NCBI GenBank assembly: GCA_965205485.1
Contig: OZ242180.1
Span: forward strand, 2,176,001-2,240,000
Reading direction: 5' to 3'
Length of the DNA: 64,000 bases
Source of the DNA: Candidatus Latescibacterota bacterium
GTDB lineage: Bacteria > Latescibacterota > UBA2968 > GCA-2709665
Translations under genes and position numbers: made by a program
Notes under the pieces: generated by a model
Databases searched by the model: none
Seen by the model: the letters and a program-made list of their open reading frames with translations, nothing else
What the model was told of the DNA's origin: nothing
Part shown: piece after piece, positions 9,362-19,166 of the stretch
Position numbering within the stretch: position 1 is the first letter of the stretch
Layout of the letters: each line of letters begins with the position of its first letter

Positions 9362-11458
9362 TCACATGTCCTTTGGGACCGGGGTGTATTGGGGGCTGCA
9401 CACGAGGTTGCAGGTCGTGCCGGGGGCAACCCGCGTTCCGGCGCCGGGGTTCTGGGATACGACTCGCCCGCTGCCCGAGGCGCTCACCACGAATCCTGAC
9501 GACGTCAACTGGACCACAGCCTGGCGTAACGGAACACCCAGCACATCGGGCGTTGCGATGTAGTCGCCGGTCTTCCCTGAGTCCGCCGCAACCGCCCCGT
9601 GCCGCGATTCACCGCTCCCGCTCGACGGGGGTTGAGCACCGACCGGCAACCGCGCGGGTTCGCCCGGCGGGACCGTTCTGATACCGTGTCGATCCATGAC
9701 CCGCCTCGCTACGATCCGGGACAATCCTGCCAATACCGGCGTGGAAGGTTTATCGGCTTCGTTCCCGCGGGCTTCAGCGACTGCCCGGTGCCGCATTTCC
9801 GTGTCGCGCATACTCAGGATGCGTTTCATGATGCGGCTGAAGACCGGCGCCGCCACCTTGCTCCCCCAGCGAATACCCTTCGGGCCGTCTACGATCACCA
9901 TACATACGAATTCGGCGCGCTCTACCGGTAAGAATCCGATGAAGGAAGAAACGTACCGGTTTGGATCATAGCCCCTTCCCCCTTCCCTTGCCCGCTGTGC
10001 AGTGCCCGTCTTTCCGGCCACGCGGTAACCCGGTACCCGCGCGTTTGCGCCCGTGCCACGCTCGACGACTCCTTCGAGGATTTCGGCTACGATTCCCGCC
10101 GTTTTCTCGGAGACGACCTCGCGCAGGATACGGGGCCGTTCGGACACCCAGGAACCGTCCGGTGAACGGCGGCGATAGAAGCGTGGGGCCATCAGGCGAC
10201 CGCCGTTGGCGATTGCGCCGTAGGCCATCGCCATCTGCAATGCCGTTACGCCTATTTCCTGTCCGATGGACATCGATGGCAGCGTTCTTCCGGACCATCG
10301 TGTCGGCTTCTTCACGTTCCCCGGGACTTCACCTGGCAGTTCAACGCCTGTCTTGATTCCGAATCCGAAAAGGCGGACATATTCATACAGCCCCGCCCGC
10401 TTCAGCTTTCGAGCAATTTTCGCGGTGCCGATATTGCTGGATTCTTCGACAACCTGCTGGACCGTGAGCCATCCGCAAGGATGTGTGTCTCGAATCACGC
10501 CACCGGGAACCTGCATCCGGCCGAACTCGCAAAAGATCCGATCTTCCCGTCGCCAGAGGCCTTCCTGCAGTCCTCCCGCCACAGCGACCACCTTGAACGT
10601 GGATCCCGGCTCGAAGATATCGGTCACCGCCCGATTGCGACGGACGGCGGCATCGTATTTGCCGAAGTGATTGGGATCGTAAAGCGGCACATTGGCCATC
10701 GCCAGGATTTCGCCCGACCGGGGCGAGGTGACGATTGCAATACCGTTAACCGCCTGGAACTGTGACACGGCGGCAGCCAACTCCTCTTCCACGATCGACT
10801 GGTAATCGACATCCAGAGTCAACATCACATCCAGGCCATCCTCGGGCATTCTGCGCACAACGCCCAGCGCCCCCAGCGCTTCGCCGCGCGCGTCCCGCCT
10901 GGACGTCATGTCTCCCGGTTCGCCCTCCAACAGCGAATTGCGGGCAAGTTCCACGCCCTCGATACCCAGATTGTCGATGTCGGTGTACCCCAGAACCTGT
11001 CCGGCAAGCTCTCCCATTGGATAGCTTCGCCTCATCTCTACAATGCGACCCACCCCCTTCGGCAACGGATCCTGTTGCGGGTCGCTGAACACCTTTCGAG
11101 CCAGCCAGACAAATCGCTTATTTTGAAGCCGCCGCAACAGCGCAGCATTTTCCTTGCCGTCGTTACCGGAAAACCGCACGGCGATGGAACGGAGGCTGTC
11201 CAACTCGGCAACCTTGTTGACAAAGAACGATTGGGCTTCAAGGTTCGTTGCGAGTACCCGGCCCTTGCGGTCCAGAATGCGACCGCGGTTCGCCTGCAAT
11301 ACTGTCCGCGTTTCGTGCTGCTTCTTCGCACGGGCGCTGTAAACGTCACCTGTCCAGACCTGAAGCGCGGCCAGTCTGCAGGTCAGGACCAGAACGAAGA
11401 TACCGCCGAGCAGGCAGATGGCTTTCTGCCGGCGAATGTGGCGCACTTCAATCCGCAT
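9362..11458 (-). CDS. ftsI: Class B penicillin-binding protein FtsI with C-terminal PASTA domain(s)
   Basis: RGRILDR, STFK (SxxK), SSN (SxN), KTG; PASTA-like PDVLGVPLRQA...VVSQNP. Confidence 0.95.
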   Translation of the reverse strand: MRIEVRHIRRQKAICLLGGIFVLVLTCRLAALQVWTGDVYSARAKKQHETRTVLQANRGRILDRKGRVLATNLEAQSFFVNKVAELDSLRSIAVRFSGNDGKENAALLRRLQNKRFVWLARKVFSDPQQDPLPKGVGRIVEMRRSYPMGELAGQVLGYTDIDNLGIEGVELARNSLLEGEPGDMTSRRDARGEALGALGVVRRMPEDGLDVMLTLDVDYQSIVEEELAAAVSQFQAVNGIAIVTSPRSGEILAMANVPLYDPNHFGKYDAAVRRNRAVTDIFEPGSTFKVVAVAGGLQEGLWRREDRIFCEFGRMQVPGGVIRDTHPCGWLTVQQVVEESSNIGTAKIARKLKRAGLYEYVRLFGFGIKTGVELPGEVPGNVKKPTRWSGRTLPSMSIGQEIGVTALQMAMAYGAIANGGRLMAPRFYRRRSPDGSWVSERPRILREVVSEKTAGIVAEILEGVVERGTGANARVPGYRVAGKTGTAQRAREGGRGYDPNRYVSSFIGFLPVERAEFVCMVIVDGPKGIRWGSKVAAPVFSRIMKRILSMRDTEMRHRAVAEARGNEADKPSTPVLAGLSRIVARRVMDRHGIRTVPPGEPARLPVGAQPPSSGSGESRHGAVAADSGKTGDYIATPDVLGVPLRQAVVQLTSSGFVVSASGSGRVVSQNPGAGTRVAPGTTCNLVCSPQYTPVPKDM

Positions 11459-11461
11459 GGT

Positions 11462-11794
11462 TCAGTTTCTGTGACCGGAAGGTGCGCGGCGGCCAGGACG
11501 CCGATCCAGGTAGAGGTTTTGCGGCGGCCCCTGCGGAAACACCATCCCAAGTCTATTTGTGGCGATCTCCCGGATTCTACTGCTTCTCAGGAGTCCCGAA
11601 ATCTCGGCCCGAAGACGTTCCTGCCGTCGGAGAAGCTGCTGGTGCTCGGATCGAAGCCGCGATATCTCGTCACCCTGCCGTACGGTCTGCGCCTGTGCCC
11701 AGAGATAACCCAGAAGACCCAGCACCACCATCGCCATGGCAAGAAGTACGTACCGGTAGCCACCCGATGTTTTCATTTCGGAACCGGTATTCAC
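11462..11794 (-). CDS. ftsL: Cell division protein FtsL
   Basis: TM plus coiled coil, RIREIATNRLGM; between rsmH and ftsI. Confidence 0.85.
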   Translation of the reverse strand: MNTGSEMKTSGGYRYVLLAMAMVVLGLLGYLWAQAQTVRQGDEISRLRSEHQQLLRRQERLRAEISGLLRSSRIREIATNRLGMVFPQGPPQNLYLDRRPGRRAPSGHRN

Positions 11795-12738
11795 GCGCGT
11801 TCCTCAATTCTCTCCACGACCCGCAATGTCGCACTTCTGGACCGCGGATTTCGCTCGCGCTCTGCCGTCTCCGGGCGTATACCACCGGGAGTCAGCACAC
11901 GTACCTGCGGAACCCGACCGCATCCGCAAACAGGCAGGTCCGGAGGGCAGACACAACCCTGAGAAGCCGTCCGAAACACCTTCTTTACCGTTCGATCTTC
12001 AAGGGAGTGATAGGACAGAACGCCGATTCGTCCGCCCGTCGTCAACTTCCCGATCGTATACTCGAACGTCTCCTGAAGCTGGTCAAGTTCGCCGTTTACC
12101 TCAATCCGGATCGCCTGGAAGATTCTGGCCAGTGTCTTCGTGGTCTGAGACCACGGCGTTATTTCCGAAATCAGCACAGCCAGTTGGAATGTGTCTTTCA
12201 TCGGTTCCCGGACCCGCCGGCGGCAAATGGCCCGGGCGATACGTCCGGCGGCGCGCTCTTCTCCGAATTCCCTGAAAACCGACGTCAGCTTCTCCAGTGA
12301 GTATGTATTCACGACCTCCTTCGCCGACCGGAGGGCGTCGGGTCCCATACGCATATCCAGGGGCCCGTTTCGGAGATAGCTGAATCCGCGTGAGGCCTTA
12401 TCGATCTGATGTGAAGAAACGCCGAGGTCGAAGAGCGCCCCCGAAATCCGTTTCACATTCAATTTTTCCAGGATTTCCGGCAGTTCCCGGAAAGACGACT
12501 CGACGATTTCGAATCGATGAGAGAAACTGCGCAGCCGGATGGCGGCGGCCTGAACCGCATCCGGATCCCGATCGATTCCAATCAGTCGTCCGCGCCGGCC
12601 CATCTGACGCAGCATTTGTTCGGCGTGGCCCCCGCCACCCACCGTGCCGTCGATGTACACACCGTTCGGGTCGTTTACCACTCGAAGGGCCGTTTCCCGC
12701 CCCATAACCGGTGTATGAAATTCCGCAGCCCCGCACAT
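11791..12738 (-). CDS. rsmH: 16S rRNA m4C1402 methyltransferase
   Basis: HTPVM, DGTVGGGGHA, DLGVSSHQID, PLDMRM, FQAIRIEVN, SYHSLEDR, NPRSRSA. Confidence 0.96.
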   Translation of the reverse strand: MCGAAEFHTPVMGRETALRVVNDPNGVYIDGTVGGGGHAEQMLRQMGRRGRLIGIDRDPDAVQAAAIRLRSFSHRFEIVESSFRELPEILEKLNVKRISGALFDLGVSSHQIDKASRGFSYLRNGPLDMRMGPDALRSAKEVVNTYSLEKLTSVFREFGEERAAGRIARAICRRRVREPMKDTFQLAVLISEITPWSQTTKTLARIFQAIRIEVNGELDQLQETFEYTIGKLTTGGRIGVLSYHSLEDRTVKKVFRTASQGCVCPPDLPVCGCGRVPQVRVLTPGGIRPETAERERNPRSRSATLRVVERIEERA

Positions 12739-12748
12739 TGAAAGAACA

Positions 12749-13204
12749 CTAGAGAATGTCGAGGTCTTCAGCGAAGGCTTCCAGATTATCGCCGACGTCA
12801 CTCATATCCGCTGTATATCGCTCCGGATTCCAGATTTCTATCCTGTTGCCCACGCCACTGAGCGTTGCGCGATCCGTAATCTTAGATGTATCGAGCAGCT
12901 TTCGGGGAACCAGCAGACGCCCCTGCCTGTCGATCCTCGTCTCAGCAGCGCCCCCCATTACCCAGCGGGCGATTTGCCGTTTTATCCTTCCCTTATGGCT
13001 CCCCTCTCTTATCTGCTGCAAAACCTGCTGCCAGCCTGTCGGATCGAACCCGGCCAGGCACCCGTCGAACCACCTGGCAATGACGAGTGAAGTGACATGA
13101 GTAGGCAATACCCGGCGAATGGCGGCAGGGACAATCAGCCGACCCTTGTTATCGACGGGAATATCCTCATATTCTCCGATGAACAATGGCGTTTCGTCCG
13201 GCAT
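12749..13204 (-). CDS. mraZ: Division/cell wall cluster repressor MraZ
   Basis: Two DxKGR/DxQGR SpoVT-AbrB repeats, GVGNRIEIW; first gene of dcw cluster. Confidence 0.93.
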   Translation of the reverse strand: MPDETPLFIGEYEDIPVDNKGRLIVPAAIRRVLPTHVTSLVIARWFDGCLAGFDPTGWQQVLQQIREGSHKGRIKRQIARWVMGGAAETRIDRQGRLLVPRKLLDTSKITDRATLSGVGNRIEIWNPERYTADMSDVGDNLEAFAEDLDIL

Positions 13205-13370
13205 GGGTGTCGCTCGGAGGTTACACAACTGCTACAGCCGCGTGGTCCACGATTGACAACAACGGAGTTTCGAAGGCGTTCCCGCGGGAAACCGGATCGG
13301 GAGAAAAGCCCCGACTGACTTGCCGGGGCTTATCCTGCTCGAGCGATATCTTCGGAAACTTCCGTATCCT

Positions 13371-13435
13371 CCCCAATACACCACTTTCCACCACTTTCCA
13401 CCACCAAAATTAGGGCCAGGACATACAAAAGTCAA
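13371..13435 (-). promoter_or_regulatory. dcw promoter (TTGACT-17-TAATTT) followed by MraZ-binding repeats
   Basis: Minus strand -35 at 13430-13435, -10 at 13407-13412, then GTGGTGGAAA-GTGGTGGAAA-GTGGTGTATT with 10-bp period, matching the GTGG-type MraZ boxes known upstream of mraZ. Confidence 0.8.
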
Positions 13436-13664
13436 GGGATTTCTAGACGATTTTTCGCCTTATCTTCAAAAAAAACAACCCCGTGACCATGTGTGCACAT
13501 AGCTGGCGGAACCAGGCATCCAGGGTAAATGTGGTGGGTGCAAAGCGGAAGGTGCGAATTTGATACCAGATGTTGTGTCAAGGCGCACGCGCTTCCCGGC
13601 CGCTGTCCGCATCGCGGGCTGTTGCGCCTTGACCTTTCGATCCTGTCCGGATATCTTTCTCGAA

Positions 13665-14027
13665 ATGAAACGGACCATACTCACAATCCTGTTCCTCGGA
13701 ATTCTGGCCTGCACGGCACGGAACGGATCCGCGCCTGACGAACGCCAACTGGCACGCGTCGTACTCGATGTCATCCACCTGCACCAACGGTTTGCGGAAG
13801 ATCCCGACAGTCTCGCGATCAAGAGAAAAGCCGTTCTTGCGGAAATCGGGTTCACCGAGCAAGACTTCGAACGCCTGACCGCAACCTGGAAGACGAACCC
13901 CGAAGCCACGGAAGCGCTGGCCGGCAGTATTATGGAAACACTTGAAGCCGACAGCGTTTTCGTTCAATGGAAGAAGACCGCGAAGGGAAGAGCCACCGGC
14001 GGGCGCCGGGCGAAGAAAAAAAAATGA
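13665..14027 (+). CDS. Putative lipoprotein (DUF4296-like)
   Basis: MKRTILTILFLGILAC lipobox; small helical protein; family assignment tentative. Confidence 0.6.
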   Translation: MKRTILTILFLGILACTARNGSAPDERQLARVVLDVIHLHQRFAEDPDSLAIKRKAVLAEIGFTEQDFERLTATWKTNPEATEALAGSIMETLEADSVFVQWKKTAKGRATGGRRAKKKK

Positions 14028-14056
14028 AGGCGGGTTTTCAAACCCGCCTTCATTTT
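14021..14056. terminator. Bidirectional intrinsic terminator
   Basis: Perfect hairpin AAAATGAAGGCGGGTT-ttca-AACCCGCCTTCATTTT between convergent genes. Confidence 0.9.
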
Positions 14057-14085
14057 ATCTCATTTGTGCAACTACACGGTCCAGC

Positions 14086-15393
14086 TCAGTAGAACAACCC
14101 CCAGATCCGGCCGATGTCGCCGAAGGTCACGTACACCATGAGGCCGAGCAGGAATACGAACCCGACCTGCTGGATTCTCTCTTTCTGACGTGCGGAAAGC
14201 GACCGGCGTGATATGGCTTCCACGCTCAGGATCATCAGATGGCCGCCGTCCAGCGCCGGAATCGGCAACAGATTCAGCACGGCGAGATTGATACTCAACA
14301 TCGCCATGAAATCGAGCAGCGCTTCCCAACCCTCTCTCGCCTTGCTCCCGGCCATTTGCGCGATTCCCACCGGACCTGCGATCATTCCTCCGGACACTTC
14401 GCCCATGATGATGCGCTTGATCAGCGTGAATATCAGCGTGGTATACCCCACCAGGTCCCGTCCGCTGCGTTCAATGGCGGTAGCAATCTTCACCGGTACC
14501 CGAGCGCTGGGCTCGTAGGACGGACCGATGCCGATCACACCGATGGTTCGCCCCCCGCCCTGCTGGGGTTGAGGCACGATTCGCGCCGCCATCTCCTCTT
14601 TGCCCCGCAACCACCGAATCTCGGTTTCCAGCCCCGGCCTCGCGGAGATTTCCTCCCTCATCTCGTCCCATCCGCTCACGGATCTGCCGTCGATCGACAA
14701 CACACGGTCTCCAGGCTCCATCCCGCATCTCGCAGCCGGATAACCCGGCATCACCGATCCGGCAGTGGGAGGGAGAAAGGGATCGAATCCCAACTCCTGC
14801 CCGGGATCGGGTGCGGCGACAAGAAACACCACTTCGTCGCCGCGAGCCACTTCAAGGGCAACGTCACGGACGTCAACCGCGCTGTATGCATCGATCAGTC
14901 CACCCCAGTTGTCTACCGTGGTTCCGTTTATCGCCAGGATCCGGTCCTCCACGCGCAATCCGGCCGCATAGAACGGAGACGTCGCCTCGATCCTGCCTAC
15001 CTTCGTCGTCTGTAAGACAAAGTCCCCCAGCGTGAGGCGAAGTCCCAATATCAGCATGAATCCGAGGAGAAAATTCATGATGGGACCGGCGATCATGACC
15101 GCCATCTGAATTCCCCTCGGCTTCGACTGAAATTCCCATGGCTCCCGATTGACGTCCGCACTGCCGAAATCCGACATTCCCGCCACCTTCACGTATCCTC
15201 CAATGGGCAGCCAGGAAATGCAATATTCGGTCTCGCCAACCGTGATGCCGAACGCCTTGGGTGGAAATCCCAGCGAGAACTGCTCCACGCGAATGCCCGA
15301 TCTTTTGGCCACGATGAAGTGACCGAATTCGTGAACGAAGACCAGGACGCCCAATACCAGGATGAAATAGAAGATGGTTTCCAGAAATTCCAA
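14086..15393 (-). CDS. rseP: RIP metalloprotease RseP
   Basis: HEFGH, PIGGYVK, two PDZ domains, NLLPIPALDGG; follows dxr. Confidence 0.95.
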   Translation of the reverse strand: MEFLETIFYFILVLGVLVFVHEFGHFIVAKRSGIRVEQFSLGFPPKAFGITVGETEYCISWLPIGGYVKVAGMSDFGSADVNREPWEFQSKPRGIQMAVMIAGPIMNFLLGFMLILGLRLTLGDFVLQTTKVGRIEATSPFYAAGLRVEDRILAINGTTVDNWGGLIDAYSAVDVRDVALEVARGDEVVFLVAAPDPGQELGFDPFLPPTAGSVMPGYPAARCGMEPGDRVLSIDGRSVSGWDEMREEISARPGLETEIRWLRGKEEMAARIVPQPQQGGGRTIGVIGIGPSYEPSARVPVKIATAIERSGRDLVGYTTLIFTLIKRIIMGEVSGGMIAGPVGIAQMAGSKAREGWEALLDFMAMLSINLAVLNLLPIPALDGGHLMILSVEAISRRSLSARQKERIQQVGFVFLLGLMVYVTFGDIGRIWGLFY

Positions 15394-15427
15394 AGCGCTG
15401 AACTCCTTTAGCCTTTACAGTAAGACA

Positions 15428-16585
15428 TCAACGTAAAATGCGCGCCACGATCTCCCTCGCCTTCTCCCGCCCCCAGCGGTCCGCTTCGAATACCGTGTCG
15501 AGATTCGCGCCGGATGCGTTGACATGTGCATCGAGGGTCCGTCGCACGACGTCCGGTACATCCAGAAACCCGATGCGTCCGGCCAGAAAGGCATAGACGC
15601 CGATTTCGTTGGCTGCATTAAGTACTGCCGGCGCAGTTCCTCCCTCGCGACACACTTCATAGGCTAGCGTAAGACAGGGAAACCGCTCGAGATCCGGCGC
15701 GTGAAAGCTCAACGAACCCGTGGACACGAGGTCCAGCGACGGGACGGGGGTCGGCAGCCGTTCGGGATGGGTCAATGCCTGTTGAATGGGCAGTCGCATA
15801 TCCGGGTGGCTCAAGTGCGCGGTCAGGCTTCCGTCCAGGAACTCCACCAGACAATGCACGATCGACTGCCGGTGAATCACGACGTCGATCTGTTCGATGT
15901 CGAGCCCGAGAAACCAACGGGATTCGATCACTTCGAAACCCTTGTTCATCAACGTCGCGGAATCGATCGTGATCTTCGGCCCCATCCGCCAGGTTGGATG
16001 GCGGAGGGCCTCTTCCGGTGTCGCGCGGGCCATCTCGTCCAGAGACATATCGAAAAACGGGCCCCCCGAGGCGGAAAGCACGATGCGGGTCACCTGCTGA
16101 GGCGAAACTCCCTGAAGGTTCTGCCACAGGGGTGTAAGTTCGCTGTCCAGAGGGATCAACCGCACGCCGTTGCGCGCCGCGAGTTCCGTGACCAGGTGGC
16201 CCGCTACCACCAGCGTCTCCTTATTCGCAATAGCGACGTCCTTGCCTGCCTCAACCGCCGCCAGGGTTGGCCGCAGTCCTGCCCCCGCAACCAGCCCGTT
16301 GATCACCAGGTCCACCCTGGAGTCGGTCGCCAACGCGATGAGTCCGTCAGGACCGTGCAACAGCTCCACACCCTTCAGTTCATTCCTTTCGCCCGCTTCC
16401 TTTGCGTACTCCTCTCCCACGCAGACCCGTTTCGGACGGAAACGCGTCACCTGATCGCAGAGCAGATCGATATTGCTTCCCGCGCTGAGGCATTCCACTT
16501 CGAACCGTTCAGGCAGACCGGCAAGTACGTCCAGCGTACTGGTACCGATAGATCCCGTCGACCCAAGCAGCGAAGCCCGCATCAT
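15428..16585 (-). CDS. dxr: 1-deoxy-D-xylulose 5-phosphate reductoisomerase
   Basis: LGSTGSIG, ANKE, ASGGPF, HPTWRMGPKITIDSATLMNKG, NAANE. Confidence 0.96.
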   Translation of the reverse strand: MMRASLLGSTGSIGTSTLDVLAGLPERFEVECLSAGSNIDLLCDQVTRFRPKRVCVGEEYAKEAGERNELKGVELLHGPDGLIALATDSRVDLVINGLVAGAGLRPTLAAVEAGKDVAIANKETLVVAGHLVTELAARNGVRLIPLDSELTPLWQNLQGVSPQQVTRIVLSASGGPFFDMSLDEMARATPEEALRHPTWRMGPKITIDSATLMNKGFEVIESRWFLGLDIEQIDVVIHRQSIVHCLVEFLDGSLTAHLSHPDMRLPIQQALTHPERLPTPVPSLDLVSTGSLSFHAPDLERFPCLTLAYEVCREGGTAPAVLNAANEIGVYAFLAGRIGFLDVPDVVRRTLDAHVNASGANLDTVFEADRWGREKAREIVARILR

Positions 16586-16647
16586 ACAAACACCCCATTC
16601 ATGTCAACGGGTAGGCGTATTTGACGGTTCGTGGAACGCACGATCGT

Positions 16648-17478
16648 CTAATGAAACATGCGCAGGTAGAGATACACCACGGGGTATACAAACAGAAAAC
16701 TGTCGAACCGGTCCAGCACGCCGCCGTGTCCGGGAATCAGGGCGGAGGCATCCTTGACCCCCGCGTTCCTTTTGATCATCGATTCGACCAGGTCTCCCCA
16801 CAGCGCGCCCAAACCCACCACGATTCCCAGAGAGATACCGGCTGGAATGGAGTACAATTTCAAGACGATTCCACCGGCAATCATCACCGATACAGCACCG
16901 AAGATTCCACCAGCAAAGCCTGCCCCGGTCTTACCGGGGCTGATACGTGGAAAAGGATGTCGTTTCCCCCAGAACCTGCCCGCAAAATAGGCGAAAATAT
17001 CCGTACTCCAGATTCCCAGAAGCACGAGAACAGCGAACCACCTCGCGCCGGCTTCGGCGGGTTCGAATCCGGAATAGTTCCGAACCAGCAGGGCAAAGGC
17101 GGACAATAAACCGACATAGCACGTCCCGATGAAGGTCGCTTCGGCGTCCGCCAGTCGAAATTGGCCGTTCCTGCTTCCCATTGACAGGGTGAGCAGGACA
17201 AGGAGGATCACCACGGACGGAACCAGCCAGAGTCGATCTCCGAACCAGTTCAGCCAGAGACACCAAACCAAAGAGGCCGCAACCCCGATGCCCGTCCAGG
17301 GATGCAGCCCCCTCTTTTTCTGCATCTGGCAGTATTCCCACGTACCACGAGCAGCCACCGCGCATACGCCGATCAGGAGTGGTATTCCACCAAACCAGAA
17401 CAGAACCAGAAAAAGCGGCCCGAAGACCGCCGCCGCTGAGACCCGGTGAAACAGATTCGACTGTACCGCCAAAACCAC
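16648..17478 (-). CDS. cdsA: Phosphatidate cytidylyltransferase
   Basis: DIFAYFAG, ISPGKT, GDLVESMIKRNAGVKD, PGHGGVLDRFDS. Confidence 0.95.
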   Translation of the reverse strand: MVLAVQSNLFHRVSAAAVFGPLFLVLFWFGGIPLLIGVCAVAARGTWEYCQMQKKRGLHPWTGIGVAASLVWCLWLNWFGDRLWLVPSVVILLVLLTLSMGSRNGQFRLADAEATFIGTCYVGLLSAFALLVRNYSGFEPAEAGARWFAVLVLLGIWSTDIFAYFAGRFWGKRHPFPRISPGKTGAGFAGGIFGAVSVMIAGGIVLKLYSIPAGISLGIVVGLGALWGDLVESMIKRNAGVKDASALIPGHGGVLDRFDSFLFVYPVVYLYLRMFH

Positions 17479-17515
17479 TCCTGCCTGACGGAAGCGAACG
17501 TTCGAGTGAACCCCG

Positions 17516-18343
17516 TTACGCGGGCTTCACTCCGGTCGCCGCGCCCATCCGCTCTGCAACCCCGTTCCCGGCGCCATTGGCCGAAGAACGGACCTGCGCG
17601 CTGGTCTTTCCGAAACGTCGCTCCCGGGACTGATACGCCCGAACGGCTTCGTATAGATGTTCGCGCCTGAAATCGGGCCACAGGACCGGCGTAAACCAGA
17701 ATTCCGTGTACGCACACTGCCAGAGCATGAAATTACTCAGACGAAACTCTCCGCTTGTTCGGATCAGTAAATCCGGGTCGGGAAGATCGGTGGTGTAAAG
17801 CATCCTGGAAAACAGCTTTCCGTCGATACCATCGCTGTTGACGCTTCCCTGTTCCACCGCGGAGGCGATACGTCTGACGGCCTGGAGAATATCGCTGCGG
17901 CCATCGTAACTCATCGCCAGATTCAGCGTCAGCCCGGTGTTTTCGGAGGTCCTGAACATGGCATATTTCATCGCCTGCCGCGCCTGCCTTGCCAGACGGT
18001 CCGTATCTCCGGTTGCAATCAGGCGTACGTTATTTTCGAGGAGTTCCTTCAGCTCTTCAACAGCAACGTCTCGCAACAATTGCATTAACGAAAGGACTTC
18101 CGCCCAGGGGCGCCGCCAGTTGTCCGTTCCAAATGCAAACAGCGTGAGGATATCTATTCCGAGTTCCCCACAGGCCCGCACGATGTCACGCACGACTTTG
18201 CGAGCGGAACGGTGGCCCTGAGTTCTGACAAGTCCATGTTTTTGCGCCCAGCGGCCATTCCCGTCCATGATGATTGCCACATGCCCCGGGAGATTGCCAT
18301 CTGCTTTCAGTTCATTTTGAATTTCCACGTCGTAGCGATCCAA
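17516..18343 (-). CDS. uppS: Undecaprenyl diphosphate synthase
   Basis: HVAIIMDGNGRWA, PDLLIRTSGEFRLSNFMLWQ, LWPDF, RRFG. Confidence 0.95.
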   Translation of the reverse strand: MDRYDVEIQNELKADGNLPGHVAIIMDGNGRWAQKHGLVRTQGHRSARKVVRDIVRACGELGIDILTLFAFGTDNWRRPWAEVLSLMQLLRDVAVEELKELLENNVRLIATGDTDRLARQARQAMKYAMFRTSENTGLTLNLAMSYDGRSDILQAVRRIASAVEQGSVNSDGIDGKLFSRMLYTTDLPDPDLLIRTSGEFRLSNFMLWQCAYTEFWFTPVLWPDFRREHLYEAVRAYQSRERRFGKTSAQVRSSANGAGNGVAERMGAATGVKPA

Positions 18344-18391
18344 GATTTCCTCGCAAGAATTGCCGTTAATACTTCAAAATTCGGCATTTGA

Positions 18392-18504
18392 AATTTAAAG
18401 GCCCACACAGTCAAAGTCAAGCGAACTTTTCCGTCCGACCGCGCCGGTACGTCCGTATTCCATGCCCCTCCCGTCTTGACAACCCGCAGCCTCCGAAGTA
18501 TAGT
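18392..18504. promoter_or_regulatory. Divergent sigma70-like promoters (uppS operon; 5-FCL gene)
   Basis: Minus: TTGACT(18415-20)-17-TAAATT(18392-97); plus: TTGACA(18476-81)-17-TATAGT(18499-504). Confidence 0.6.
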
Positions 18505-18551
18505 TATTAACCCCGACGCCGCAGGAAAGTTTCAAGTCGAACCAACTCCCT

Positions 18552-19121
18552 ATGCCATCCAAAAAGCAAATCCGAAGTGCCGTCAGAAAACGGCGGTCCA
18601 AGCTGCGGTTGGGGGAGGTTCGCGCCCGGAGCGATCGCATTGTTGTGCGCCTGACCGGCCAGGAGGTCTACCGCCGCGCCGGATGCGTGGCCAGCTATGT
18701 CTCAATCTCGAACGAAGTCGACACCCACTCCCTCATCGATCTTGCCCTGGATAGTGGAAAACGGGTTGCAGTGCCTGTCGTAGAGCCGAACCGCGCGCTG
18801 ATCCACCGGGAAATCCGCGGCCTGGCTGAATTGAGTCCATCGGGTTCAGGCCTTCTGGAGCCGTCCGGCGAGGACGGCGCCGTGGTGCCGCCCGACGCCT
18901 TCGATGTCGTCCTCGTACCCGGTCTGGCCTTCGACCGCGCCGGAAATCGCGTGGGCTACGGGGCCGGATACTACGACCGTTTCCTTGCAATGGCGCCTGC
19001 TGTCAAAATCGGCCTCGCATACGACTTCCAGCTCTTCGACCGGCTGCCGGCCGGTCCTCGCGATATCCCGATGGACGTGGTCGTCACGGAATCTGGAATT
19101 CACTTCGCGGACCGGGCGTGA
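18552..19121 (+). CDS. 5-formyltetrahydrofolate cyclo-ligase
   Basis: EVDT, DVVLVPGLAFDRAGNRVGYGAGYYDRFL, DIPMD. Confidence 0.93.
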   Translation: MPSKKQIRSAVRKRRSKLRLGEVRARSDRIVVRLTGQEVYRRAGCVASYVSISNEVDTHSLIDLALDSGKRVAVPVVEPNRALIHREIRGLAELSPSGSGLLEPSGEDGAVVPPDAFDVVLVPGLAFDRAGNRVGYGAGYYDRFLAMAPAVKIGLAYDFQLFDRLPAGPRDIPMDVVVTESGIHFADRA

Positions 19122-19166
19122 AGTCCTGAAGGCGGTAAATGTGCAGACGCGATACAGGAGTCCCAG

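Noticed and set aside
18344..18551. 6S RNA upstream of the 5-FCL gene
   Set aside because: Promoter lies about 47 nt from the ATG; no room for, or sign of, the long 6S hairpin
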